Source of the DNA: Nitrospirae bacterium MYbin3
GTDB taxonomy: Bacteria > Nitrospirota > Thermodesulfovibrionia > Thermodesulfovibrionales > Dissulfurispiraceae
Length of the DNA stretch: 34,514 bases
Direction: 5' to 3'
NCBI GenBank assembly: GCA_002753335.1
Contig: PEAD01000030.1
Coordinates: 1-34,514, forward strand
Under the pieces are notes generated by a model. That model was not told the origin of the DNA and searched no databases. It saw only the letters and a list, made by a program, of their open reading frames with translations. Positions 1 through 8,680 of this stretch are shown here, in pieces. The translations under genes were made by a program, and so were the position numbers. The first letter of the stretch is position 1; each line of letters begins with the position of its first letter.

Positions 1-1078
1 TTTAAACGCTTATATTTATGTTGATGACAACAGAATAAATATAGAGAGGACCAACGCAAAACTGGCTGGGGGGGATGTATCCATTAGAGGCAACGCTTCA
101 ATACAAAACTTCTTAATTAAAAAGTTCTTTATTGAAGCCGGATTAAAGAGGATAACGACCTCTTGGTCTAAGGATTTCTGGACGAATTCTGACGGCACTC
201 TATATTTTCACGGCACTCAGGAAACATATAATCTGCGCGGCGATATTTCGATAAGAAGGGCTAAATACAGCGAACGGATAGATTGGAAAAGCTGGCTCGG
301 CAAGGTAAAAGACAAAGATTCTGTTAAATCGGAACTTTCAAAACTGGACAAGATAAACCTCAATCTTCGGATTCTAGGCAAAAATATTCAAATAGATAAT
401 AATGCTGCAAGAACTGCAATAGAAATGGATTTACTGCTCAAGGGTACTGTAGGCCAGCCAGTTCTTCTAGGCAAGGCCGAAACAAGGGAAGGACTGGTCT
501 TTTTCAGAAATAATCAGTTTAAAATTTTAAAAGCTCGAATCGATTTTTCTAATCCATCAGGAATAAGGCCCTATTTTGATATTGTATCAGAAACAAGAGT
601 GGCTAACTACAAGATACGTATGAGTCTGGACGGTTATTCAGAACAATTCAACCTTGCCTTGTCATCAGACCCTAACCTTGAAGAGACGGATATATTCAGT
701 CTTTTGACCGTAGGGCATATAGGTAAAAATGTGAAGGGTCTTGAGGGCGGCATAGGCGCTGCTGAAGCAACATCGTTCATGACAGGCAAACTTCAGGATG
801 TAATAGAAGAAAGGCTTAAGACTATAACCGGCATAGACAGAGTTCATATAAATCCTTATGTGTCAAGAACCACCGGAACACTGACCCCACGTGTCACTGT
901 AGCAAAGCGGCTTTTCGGCGACAAACTTTATGCAACATACACTGCAGCCATCGGAAGCGTTGATGAGCAAATATGGAAATTAGAGTATCTGCTCGGCGAA
1001 AATGCTTCGCTTTTGGGGGTACGGGATGAAAGGGGCGGGATTGGCGGAGACATAAAGTTTCGCTTTGAATTCAAATAA
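1..1078 (+). CDS. tamB: Translocation/assembly module TamB (DUF490) protein, C-terminal part; 5' truncated by window
   Basis: Frame of ORF 425..1078 is open back to position 2 (LNAYIYVDDNRINIERTNAKLAGGDVSIRG...). It has the TamB-type C-terminus (LSSDPNLEETDIFSLL ... GIGGDIKFRFEFK) and lies directly upstream of an Omp85 gene. Confidence 0.85.
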   Translation, partial: LNAYIYVDDNRINIERTNAKLAGGDVSIRGNASIQNFLIKKFFIEAGLKRITTSWSKDFWTNSDGTLYFHGTQETYNLRGDISIRRAKYSERIDWKSWLGKVKDKDSVKSELSKLDKINLNLRILGKNIQIDNNAARTAIEMDLLLKGTVGQPVLLGKAETREGLVFFRNNQFKILKARIDFSNPSGIRPYFDIVSETRVANYKIRMSLDGYSEQFNLALSSDPNLEETDIFSLLTVGHIGKNVKGLEGGIGAAEATSFMTGKLQDVIEERLKTITGIDRVHINPYVSRTTGTLTPRVTVAKRLFGDKLYATYTAAIGSVDEQIWKLEYLLGENASLLGVRDERGGIGGDIKFRFEFK

Positions 1079-1082
1079 ACGC

Positions 1083-3767
1083 ATGGCAAAAATATTTTTA
1101 AGGTTTTTATTGGCAGTTTTATGCTTTTCTGTAAGCTCATTTGCAGAAGACAATGCCAACACATCTAATGGTCGCAAATCAATAATTTCTTCCATTAAGA
1201 TTTTTGGCCTTAATACTATGCCAGAAAAAGAGTTCCTGTATTTGTTGGACATGCAGGTAGGCAAAGAACTGGATGCTGATAAGCTGAAGCAGGGAATAAA
1301 AAGGGCCTTTCAAAAGGGAATCTTTGAAGATATCGCCGTAGAGAAAGATGATTCATCAAGCGGATTGTTTACTGTAAAGGTAAGGGAAAAGCCTATCGTG
1401 CGTAATGTAAAGATTAAAAGCAGGGTATTGTCGGGATATCTTCATGACAGGATAACATCGCTTAATTCAGGAGATCGTCTTACATTCCTAAAGGTCAGGA
1501 ATACAGTAGAAGAGATTATGCATAGCTTAAATCAAAAGGGATATCCAAAGGCAGCAGTAAGCCATAAAATAGCACCTTTAAAGAAAGGAAGGGTTGATGT
1601 CCTTTTTGAAGTAGATGAAGGGGATCCGCTGATTGTTGACAAGATAATTATAACCGGTGCAGGTGATGAAGGAAAGCCAAACCTTAAGATATCTGAAGGC
1701 GGTATTTTTGACCTTATCAGAATACGACAGTTTCAAAGAGATGTCCTGCACTATTTCAGGAAAAGAGGACATATCGGTTCAAGTGTCAATCATACATTTA
1801 ATAAAGGAATTTTGCATATAAGCATCGATCAAGGAAGGCCTGTAAGAACAATGTTCAATGGGAATATAGCACTTCAAACAGATCTGCTTGCAAAAGAGTT
1901 GACATTTTTTGAGATAAACGAATTTTCTGACGAAATAATCGATGAGACAACAAAAAGATTGCTGACGTTATACCATAAATTTGGTTATCCTTTAGCCGAG
2001 ATAGCTCCTATAATTACGTCTGAAGATGATATAACTTTGCTGACCTTCTATATTTATGAAGGTGATAGGCATATTGTTGATTCCGTAACTTTCACAGGGA
2101 GTTCTTTGTCTGAAGAAAAATTATTAAAGATTATCATGCTCGGAGTTGGAGAGAACTACAATCCTGATTATATTGAATCGGATGCTATCATAATTAAAGA
2201 TTTCTATCACTCTCTCGGTTATCCTGATGTCGATGTATCAATTCCTGTAGTTGAGATTAAAGACAATGACAGGGTTGCTTTAAAATATAGCGTCAAAGAA
2301 GGCTCGCAGATAAAATTCGGAGATATCATCGTTAAAAATAACAAACACTTATCAGAAAAGGAACTGTTAGGTGGACTTAAAATCAAGAAAAATGACCCTT
2401 ACAATGAAATTGATCTTTCGGATGAGCGCAGGAAAATAATCGAGATTTACAATAAAAAAGGTTTTCTTGATGCACGGGTCGGTGTAAGTGTTGCAAGAAA
2501 AGATTTGTATGCCGATGTAATATTCGACATAAGCGAAGGAGATATAACGCTGACAGGTAAATCTATAATAGTAGGGAATTTAGATACCAGACATATTGTT
2601 ATAGAAAGAGAATTATTTAACAAAGAAGGCCTTAATTTCGACCACAATATCATTGCAAAAGAGAAGCAAAAACTGTATAGACTCGGTTTGTTCAATGATG
2701 TTGAGACAGAATTGAGAGAGAAGTACGGCAAAGTTAGGGATGTAATATACAAAGTTAAGGAAGCCAATGCTGGATTTGTTGAATTCGGAGTTGGATATGG
2801 AGAGTATGAAAAGCAGAGAGGATTTTTTGAAGTTGGCTATAAAAATTTCAACGGGATGAACAGGCAGGGCACATTCAGAACAGAGCTGAGTTCACTTGAA
2901 CAGCGGTTTATTTTTTCATTTCTTGAGCCTTGGGTTGCAGGTATAGATCTGCCTTGGAAAACACTATATCTGAGAGAAAACAGAAAAGAGAAAAGCATAG
3001 ATTCAGGAGGAATAAAATACAGGTTAAAAAGAAATTCCGTCAGCACCGGCATAGAGAAAAAACTTGATTATGGCTTTAAGGTTGATCTGTACTACGATCT
3101 TTCGGTCGTTGATACCAGCGATGTTATGCAGGATATAATCCTAAGTAAAGAAGACACCGGCTCTTTGATCATAAGCGGCATAAGGCCAGGGTTGATATTG
3201 GATACACGTGATAACCCTTTTGATCCTAAAAGCGGTGTTCTTGCTGGAATATCAATGAAACTGGTTTCGGGTTTTCTTTTATCCGAAACTGATTTTACTA
3301 AATTCACAGGATACATAAATAAATATTATGGCATCACTAAAAAGGTCACTCTTGCTGGATCAATAAAAGGCGGGACAGCAAAAGGCTTCAGAGACACAAA
3401 AGAACTGCCGCTGGTGGAGCGCTTCTTCCTGGGCGGCAGAACAACAGTAAGAGGATACAACCAGGACTCACTAGGAGGGAAGGGGAGTGATGGAACTGCT
3501 ACCGGAGGCAATGCCTTTCTCTCCGGAAGTTTTGAAGTAAGAACAGATATTAAAAAAGGATTGGGTGTGGTTGCTTTTACCGATTGCGGAAATGTTTGGA
3601 GAAAATCTGAAAGCATGACGTTGACAGATCTTAAGTACACTACAGGACTCGGTCTTAGATATAATACTCCTGTTGGACCTTTTAGACTTGATTATGGACA
3701 TAAATTAAGCAGACAAAGCGGGGAAAGTTTAAGTGAGATACACTTCAGTCTTGGACATGCTTTTTAA
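1083..3767 (+). CDS. Omp85 family outer-membrane assembly factor (BamA/TamA-like) with long POTRA region
   Basis: Signal peptide, repeated POTRA-like segments (GY..A.V ... V.EG), VRGY lid-lock motif (TTVRGY), C-terminal GLRYNTPVGPFRLDYG...HFSLGHAF. Start taken as ATG 1083 just after the tamB stop (ORF track gives 1065). Confidence 0.9.
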   Translation: MAKIFLRFLLAVLCFSVSSFAEDNANTSNGRKSIISSIKIFGLNTMPEKEFLYLLDMQVGKELDADKLKQGIKRAFQKGIFEDIAVEKDDSSSGLFTVKVREKPIVRNVKIKSRVLSGYLHDRITSLNSGDRLTFLKVRNTVEEIMHSLNQKGYPKAAVSHKIAPLKKGRVDVLFEVDEGDPLIVDKIIITGAGDEGKPNLKISEGGIFDLIRIRQFQRDVLHYFRKRGHIGSSVNHTFNKGILHISIDQGRPVRTMFNGNIALQTDLLAKELTFFEINEFSDEIIDETTKRLLTLYHKFGYPLAEIAPIITSEDDITLLTFYIYEGDRHIVDSVTFTGSSLSEEKLLKIIMLGVGENYNPDYIESDAIIIKDFYHSLGYPDVDVSIPVVEIKDNDRVALKYSVKEGSQIKFGDIIVKNNKHLSEKELLGGLKIKKNDPYNEIDLSDERRKIIEIYNKKGFLDARVGVSVARKDLYADVIFDISEGDITLTGKSIIVGNLDTRHIVIERELFNKEGLNFDHNIIAKEKQKLYRLGLFNDVETELREKYGKVRDVIYKVKEANAGFVEFGVGYGEYEKQRGFFEVGYKNFNGMNRQGTFRTELSSLEQRFIFSFLEPWVAGIDLPWKTLYLRENRKEKSIDSGGIKYRLKRNSVSTGIEKKLDYGFKVDLYYDLSVVDTSDVMQDIILSKEDTGSLIISGIRPGLILDTRDNPFDPKSGVLAGISMKLVSGFLLSETDFTKFTGYINKYYGITKKVTLAGSIKGGTAKGFRDTKELPLVERFFLGGRTTVRGYNQDSLGGKGSDGTATGGNAFLSGSFEVRTDIKKGLGVVAFTDCGNVWRKSESMTLTDLKYTTGLGLRYNTPVGPFRLDYGHKLSRQSGESLSEIHFSLGHAF

Positions 3768-4248
3768 GTCAGTTTGTTTGTGTATGATTCCAGTTTCAGC
3801 CTTATTATATATCGGAATTGCTCGCGCTGAAGATATAGATAGGGTGGTTGCCTACGTTGATAACAATGCGATCACATACTCAGAATTAAGAGCTGAATTC
3901 AATAAAAATAAGGGGCTGAGGATAACCGAAGCAGATACATTGAATTCTATGGTTAATAGAATGCTTCTACTAAAAGAGGCGAGGGCTATGAGGCTTGAGG
4001 CTTCGGGCTATGAGGAGCTTCTTAAAGAATATATTGAAATTAAAATCAGGTCTGTGATTCTTATAAAGGAAGAAACTGTCGAAAATTTTTACAGTCAAAA
4101 TAAAAATAATTTTCAAAATAAAAGTTTGTCAGAAGTGAGAGACGACATCGAGATGTATTTATTCGAAGCAGAAACAAATCGATTGCTTAATCAGCATATC
4201 AGCAATCTAAGAAAAATCTATGATGTAAGAATTCAGTTTATAGAGTGA
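3757..4248 (+). CDS. SurA N-terminal-domain periplasmic chaperone-like protein (no PPIase domain seen)
   Basis: Signal peptide followed by IDRVVAYVDNNAITYSEL, the typical SurA N-terminal motif, next to Omp85. Start is uncertain (3733/3757/3784). Confidence 0.7.
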   Translation: MLFKSVCLCMIPVSALLYIGIARAEDIDRVVAYVDNNAITYSELRAEFNKNKGLRITEADTLNSMVNRMLLLKEARAMRLEASGYEELLKEYIEIKIRSVILIKEETVENFYSQNKNNFQNKSLSEVRDDIEMYLFEAETNRLLNQHISNLRKIYDVRIQFIE

Positions 4249-4696
4249 TTATAACAGCATGCTCATCGCATTCCGGAAACTTATGGCATTTCAGGCAGTC
4301 GCCCCAGATTTTTTGTGGCAGTTTTGCTTTATCCGTATCTTTAAACCCTAAATTTTTAAAAAAATCTGGCCGGTAGGTTAGAGCAAAAACCTTCTTTATG
4401 CCCAGACTGCTAGCATCTTTAAGGGACTTAATAAGCAGTTTTTTTCCTATGCCTTGTCTTTGGTATTCGGCCACCACCGCAAATGACCTTATTTCTGCAA
4501 GGTCTTCCCATAAAATATGCAGAGCGCAAACACCCTTTATAATGCCATCCTCTTCGAAAACAATAAAATCACGAATATTCTCATATATTTCATTAAGCGC
4601 ACGCGGAAGCATTTCATCCTTACGCGCAAAATCATTTATGATTTTATGAATATACTTAGCATCTGATATAGAAGATTGTCTAATCTTTGATGGCAT
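4238..4696 (-). CDS. argA: Short GNAT amino-acid N-acetyltransferase (N-acetylglutamate synthase, ArgA short type)
   Basis: MLPR..EIYENIRDF, LAEIRSFAV, QGIGKKL acetyl-CoA motif, FALTY, LPQKIWGDCLKC.KFPECDE. Confidence 0.8.
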   Translation of the reverse strand: MPSKIRQSSISDAKYIHKIINDFARKDEMLPRALNEIYENIRDFIVFEEDGIIKGVCALHILWEDLAEIRSFAVVAEYQRQGIGKKLLIKSLKDASSLGIKKVFALTYRPDFFKNLGFKDTDKAKLPQKIWGDCLKCHKFPECDEHAVIITL

Positions 4697-5219
4697 CGAA
4701 ACCTCTCTTTAAAATATCTGTATTCATTTTTATAGTATCTTTTCTGTGTTCAGGAGTAATTTCGATTAACGCATTTATAATATAATCAACTGAAAAAAGG
4801 CCTGCAAATGCCGCAAATGCGCCTGCTATAAACATGTTGGCTGAACGGGGACCGGACATAGAAGCGGCTGTTTGGCTTGCCGGTATTCCTGTATTTCTAA
4901 TATCCGGTCTCAACAAAATATTATGCACCAGCGAAGAATCATAAAGAAGCATTCCACCAATCTTAATCCTTGAATTAAAGCGGCCGCAAGATGCTGTATT
5001 TAGAGCTATAAGAATATCAGGATTATTTATCACCGGAGAACCTATTAAAGCGTCAGACAGAATTACCGTGCAGTTTGCTGTACCTCCTCGCATTTCTGCA
5101 CCATATGAAGGGAAAAATGTAACCTCCATTCCGTTTAACATACCAGCATAGGCAATAAGTTTGCCCAAAAAAAGCACGCCTTGTCCGCCCGATCCCGCTA
5201 TTATTATCCTGTTTTCCAT
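4680..5219 (-). CDS. 2-oxoacid:acceptor oxidoreductase gamma subunit
   Basis: IIIAGSGGQGVLFLG and PSYGAEMRGGTANCTV motifs. Confidence 0.9.
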   Translation of the reverse strand: MENRIIIAGSGGQGVLFLGKLIAYAGMLNGMEVTFFPSYGAEMRGGTANCTVILSDALIGSPVINNPDILIALNTASCGRFNSRIKIGGMLLYDSSLVHNILLRPDIRNTGIPASQTAASMSGPRSANMFIAGAFAAFAGLFSVDYIINALIEITPEHRKDTIKMNTDILKRGFDAIKD

Positions 5220-5950
5220 TTATCTTTTAAAACTCCAAGTTTAAAAACTGATGCCATTTCATTGCGCATCCATTTTAGTGCTTCATCAGGAGCTAAGCCC
5301 CAATCAGTAGGGCAAGGTGAGAGTATCTCGACAAATGCAAACCCCTTGCCCTCTATCTGGTACTTAAAAGCCCTTTCTATCATGTTTTTTGTTGATGTTA
5401 CCCCCTTTATAGAATCAGTGCTGACTCTAACCGCAAGAGAAACCGATTCTATAGTGGCAATCATCTCGCAGACTTTCATTGGAGCACCGGTTTTAGATAA
5501 TTCTCTACCCTGGGGTGATGTGGTTGTCTTCTGGTTAATAAGGGTAGTGGGAGCCATTTGTCCGCCTGTCATGCCATAAGTTGCATTGTTTATGAAGAAA
5601 ACTGTTATATTTTCGCCCCTGTTTGCTGCATGAATAATTTCGGCCGTTCCAATCGCGGCCAAATCACCATCTCCCTGGTAAGAAAATACTATCCTATCCG
5701 GCAAGACTCTTTTCATTGCGGTGGCTATTGCCGGAGGGCGGCCATGAGCAGCCTCAATCATATCGAAATCAAAATAGTCATATGCAAAAACAGCGCAACC
5801 TACAGGAGCTATGCCAATTACATTATCTCTTATGGAAAATTTCTCTATGGCTTCTGCAATTAGACGATGAACAATACTGTGACCGCATCCCGGACAAAAT
5901 CGGAAAGGTTTTTTCTTTAAATGTTGCGGCCATTCAAAGACTTTATTCAT
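5204..5950 (-). CDS. 2-oxoacid:ferredoxin oxidoreductase beta (TPP-binding) subunit, Vor/Kor-like
   Basis: FCPGCGH, VGC, HGR, GDGD...NN.YGMTGGQ TPP motif, SPCPT. Confidence 0.92.
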   Translation of the reverse strand: MNKVFEWPQHLKKKPFRFCPGCGHSIVHRLIAEAIEKFSIRDNVIGIAPVGCAVFAYDYFDFDMIEAAHGRPPAIATAMKRVLPDRIVFSYQGDGDLAAIGTAEIIHAANRGENITVFFINNATYGMTGGQMAPTTLINQKTTTSPQGRELSKTGAPMKVCEMIATIESVSLAVRVSTDSIKGVTSTKNMIERAFKYQIEGKGFAFVEILSPCPTDWGLAPDEALKWMRNEMASVFKLGVLKDKWKTG

Positions 5951-5967
5951 AGGAGAAAATTATAGCA
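5951..5967 (-). promoter_or_regulatory. Extended -10 promoter (TGCTATAAT) 8 nt before the beta-subunit ATG
   Basis: Minus strand reads TGCTATAAT-TTTCTCCT-ATG with no SD. Confidence 0.6.
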
Positions 5968-6037
5968 CAAGCGCTTTGAGATATTGAAGCAGGTTGTTTC
6001 TGCAATTACGATTAATGATGTTTCAAATACAATAATA

Positions 6038-6065
6038 ATTTTACATAATATATCTTATCGGCGAA
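6038..6065 (-). other. dif-like XerC/XerD chromosome dimer resolution site
   Basis: Minus strand reads TTCGCCGATAA-GATATA-TTATGTAAAAT, an 11+6+11 layout. The XerD arm differs by one base from E. coli TTATGTTAAAT. The site is intergenic in an AT-rich zone. Confidence 0.85.
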
Positions 6066-6075
6066 CTATGTATGT

Positions 6076-7314
6076 CTAGACTGGAATTCCTACAGCCATA
6101 CCTTCGCTATACTCTGTCAGTAGAACATCTACTATAGATCCAATTTTAGCCCCTGTATAGTTTAAAAGCTTTACCTTGATATTATTATGAGTAGTACCCT
6201 GAAAATTATCAGAGTTGTTATCCTCAATAACAACAGAAAAGACTTGGCCGAGTTTATTTTTTATAAAAGACTCTTTTTTTATATTTCCCATATCTCTTAG
6301 AACTCGTACCCTTTCTTTAATTGTCAAACTACTGTTCTGTTGCTTCATTAAAGCAGCTTTTGTCCCATTTCTGTCTGAGTATGGAAAAATATGCAAATAA
6401 GAAAAGTTAATTGAATCAACAAGATTAACTGTATTCTGAAAGGCTTTATGATCTTCAGATGGGAACCCAGCTATTATATCTGTACCTAGAGACAGATCGC
6501 TAAAGCGCTTTAAGAGTACTGTAGTAATGCTATAATACTTATTAAAATCATAGCATCTATTCATATTTTTCAATACGTTATTATCTCCGCTCTGAAGAGG
6601 TATATGAAGATACTTACATACTCTGGACTCCTCTAAAAGTTCAACTAGTTCATTATTTACTTCATTAACCTCAATAGAACTTAAACGAATCCTGCGAATA
6701 TCAGTCTTATTTAAAATAGTTTTTATAAGCTGTGCCAAGGACAGTTTTGGATTTAGGTCGGTTCCATAGCTTCCTAAGTGCGTTCCTGTCAGAACTATTT
6801 CATTAAATCCCATAGAGTTATAGTTTAAAATCTCATTTATAACATTATAAACCGGCACGCTTTTTGAATTCCCCCTAGCAGCAGGGATACTGCAATATGA
6901 ACATGAAAAATCACATCCAGCTTGAACCTTTACATTAGGTCTAATCCTGTATTTTGATATATTTTTAACAATATTAGAGTTCGAAGATTCTTTGGCTAAC
7001 AATTTGGTTATGTTATCTTTATCTGAATTAGATACAATAGTCAGCTTTTCTGTATGCAACCCATTAAGTTGTTTGTTAATTTCTGCATAGCAGCCTGTTG
7101 CGATAATTCTGCCGCTTTTTTGTAATGCCTTTCGTATAAGTAGTCTGGATTCTTTGTCAGCCTTTGATGTAACAGTGCATGTATTAATAACACAGACATC
7201 TGGATTATCATTAATATCAACAAGTTGATAACCTGAATTTAATGCCGATGTTTCGATATTCTGGCTTTCAGCCTGATTGGTTCTGCAGCCGAGGGTAAGC
7301 ACACAAAGTTTCAT
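6076..7314 (-). CDS. mtaB: tRNA t6A37 methylthiotransferase MtaB
   Basis: TLGCRTNQAES, INTCTVT, ATGCYA UPF0004 domain; KVQAGCDFSCSYC radical-SAM motif; EIVLTGTHLGSYG; RIRLSSIE; C-terminal TRAM. Confidence 0.9.
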   Translation of the reverse strand: MKLCVLTLGCRTNQAESQNIETSALNSGYQLVDINDNPDVCVINTCTVTSKADKESRLLIRKALQKSGRIIATGCYAEINKQLNGLHTEKLTIVSNSDKDNITKLLAKESSNSNIVKNISKYRIRPNVKVQAGCDFSCSYCSIPAARGNSKSVPVYNVINEILNYNSMGFNEIVLTGTHLGSYGTDLNPKLSLAQLIKTILNKTDIRRIRLSSIEVNEVNNELVELLEESRVCKYLHIPLQSGDNNVLKNMNRCYDFNKYYSITTVLLKRFSDLSLGTDIIAGFPSEDHKAFQNTVNLVDSINFSYLHIFPYSDRNGTKAALMKQQNSSLTIKERVRVLRDMGNIKKESFIKNKLGQVFSVVIEDNNSDNFQGTTHNNIKVKLLNYTGAKIGSIVDVLLTEYSEGMAVGIPV

Positions 7315-8612
7315 AAGATAGTGTTTAGCGAATGCCGATTGGCTTGGTTAATCAATACGTTCAATAGTAAACCCTTCCGGATATTATCGTTTTTAGGAAC
7401 AGTAATAATTTTATTGGTCCTTGTGCGGCCTGTGTAAAGTCCGCTGTCTTTTTCATCAATGCCATCTATAAGTATCTCTTGAGTTGTTCCCTCTAACTTT
7501 TTGTTTTTCAACTCCGTTATATCGTTCTGGATGTCAAGTATTTCCTGCAGCCTTTCTGCCCTTACGGTCTGGTCAACCTGTCCATCCATTAAAGCGGCAG
7601 ACGTTCCCTTTCGCGGAGAAAACTTAAACGCATAAATTCCATCGAAACTTAATTCTCTCAGCGAATTCATTGTTAAGGCATGGTCATCATCCGTTTCCTG
7701 AGGAAAACCGGCAATAATATCTGTAGTTATTGCGATATCCGGTATCATTTTGCGGAGCAGTTCAACCTTTTGGAAATATTTCTCATAACTATACTTTCTG
7801 TTCATCATGCTTAGGATTTTGGTTGAGCCTGACTGCAAAGGCAGATGCAGATGCTCGCAAATTTTTTCAGAATCTCTCATAACTTCAATAAGCTTCTCGC
7901 TTAAATCCTTGGGATTAGAAGTTACAAAACGGATTCTCAAAATACCCTCTATCTCATTGATTTTGGCCAAAAGCTCAGGAAAATCCAGATCGCTCGCGTA
8001 AGAGTTGACGTTTTGGCCCAATAATGTGACTTCTTTATACCCTTTTTCTGCAAGACTACGGATTTCATTTATAATGCTCTGGCTCGCCCTGCTCTGCTCC
8101 CTGCCTCTTGTGTGTGGCACTATACAGTAGCTGCAAAAATTATTGCAGCCGTACATTATGTTTACTAAAGCAGAAATATCCGTCTTTCTGAATACAGGCA
8201 TTTCGGTTTCGGCAATCGTTTCATTGCCGCCTGAAGTTACGGCAGACCGGTCGGCATGCTGAAGGGTGTCAAAAATTTGGTGTATGTTTTGGGGGCCGAT
8301 AACGCAATCAACAAATGAGGCCCTCTTTAGCAGCTTCTTGCCATGCTGCTGGGCGATGCAGCCGGCAACCGCAATCTTTAACCCCGGCTTTTTTTTCTTT
8401 AACATCTTTATTCTGCCCAGCTCACTGAAAAACTTATGCTCCGCTTTTTCGCGGATGCTGCAGGTATTGAATATTACGACATCCGCATCCTGTGCCGAAG
8501 AAACTTCTTTGTAGTCATTGGAATTAAGGATGCCGGCCATCTTTTCTGAATCATGGACATTCATCTGGCAGCCAAAGGTGGCTATGTAGTACTTCTTTTG
8601 TTCGTTGCGCAT
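7311..8612 (-). CDS. miaB: tRNA i6A37 methylthiotransferase MiaB
   Basis: TFGCQMNVHDSE, NTCSIREKAE, GCNNFCSYCIVP.TRGRE.SR, LLGQNVNSY. ATGA overlap with mtaB. Confidence 0.95.
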   Translation of the reverse strand: MRNEQKKYYIATFGCQMNVHDSEKMAGILNSNDYKEVSSAQDADVVIFNTCSIREKAEHKFFSELGRIKMLKKKKPGLKIAVAGCIAQQHGKKLLKRASFVDCVIGPQNIHQIFDTLQHADRSAVTSGGNETIAETEMPVFRKTDISALVNIMYGCNNFCSYCIVPHTRGREQSRASQSIINEIRSLAEKGYKEVTLLGQNVNSYASDLDFPELLAKINEIEGILRIRFVTSNPKDLSEKLIEVMRDSEKICEHLHLPLQSGSTKILSMMNRKYSYEKYFQKVELLRKMIPDIAITTDIIAGFPQETDDDHALTMNSLRELSFDGIYAFKFSPRKGTSAALMDGQVDQTVRAERLQEILDIQNDITELKNKKLEGTTQEILIDGIDEKDSGLYTGRTRTNKIITVPKNDNIRKGLLLNVLINQANRHSLNTIL

Positions 8613-8626
8613 TTTTTAATCTAACA
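8613..8626 (-). promoter_or_regulatory. Putative extended -10 (TGTTAGATT) 5 nt before miaB ATG
   Basis: Minus strand reads TGTTAGATT-AAAAA-ATG with no SD adjacent. Confidence 0.4.
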
Positions 8627-8680
8627 AAATACAACTACCTAAATCCACGGCTTATTGTCTGCTCTTGGTGGGAGTTTCTT

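Noticed and set aside
6076..7314. Low-GC mtaB as a genomic island
   Set aside because: No integrase, flanking repeats or accessory genes. It is a core gene coupled to miaB, and proximity to dif explains the bias better.
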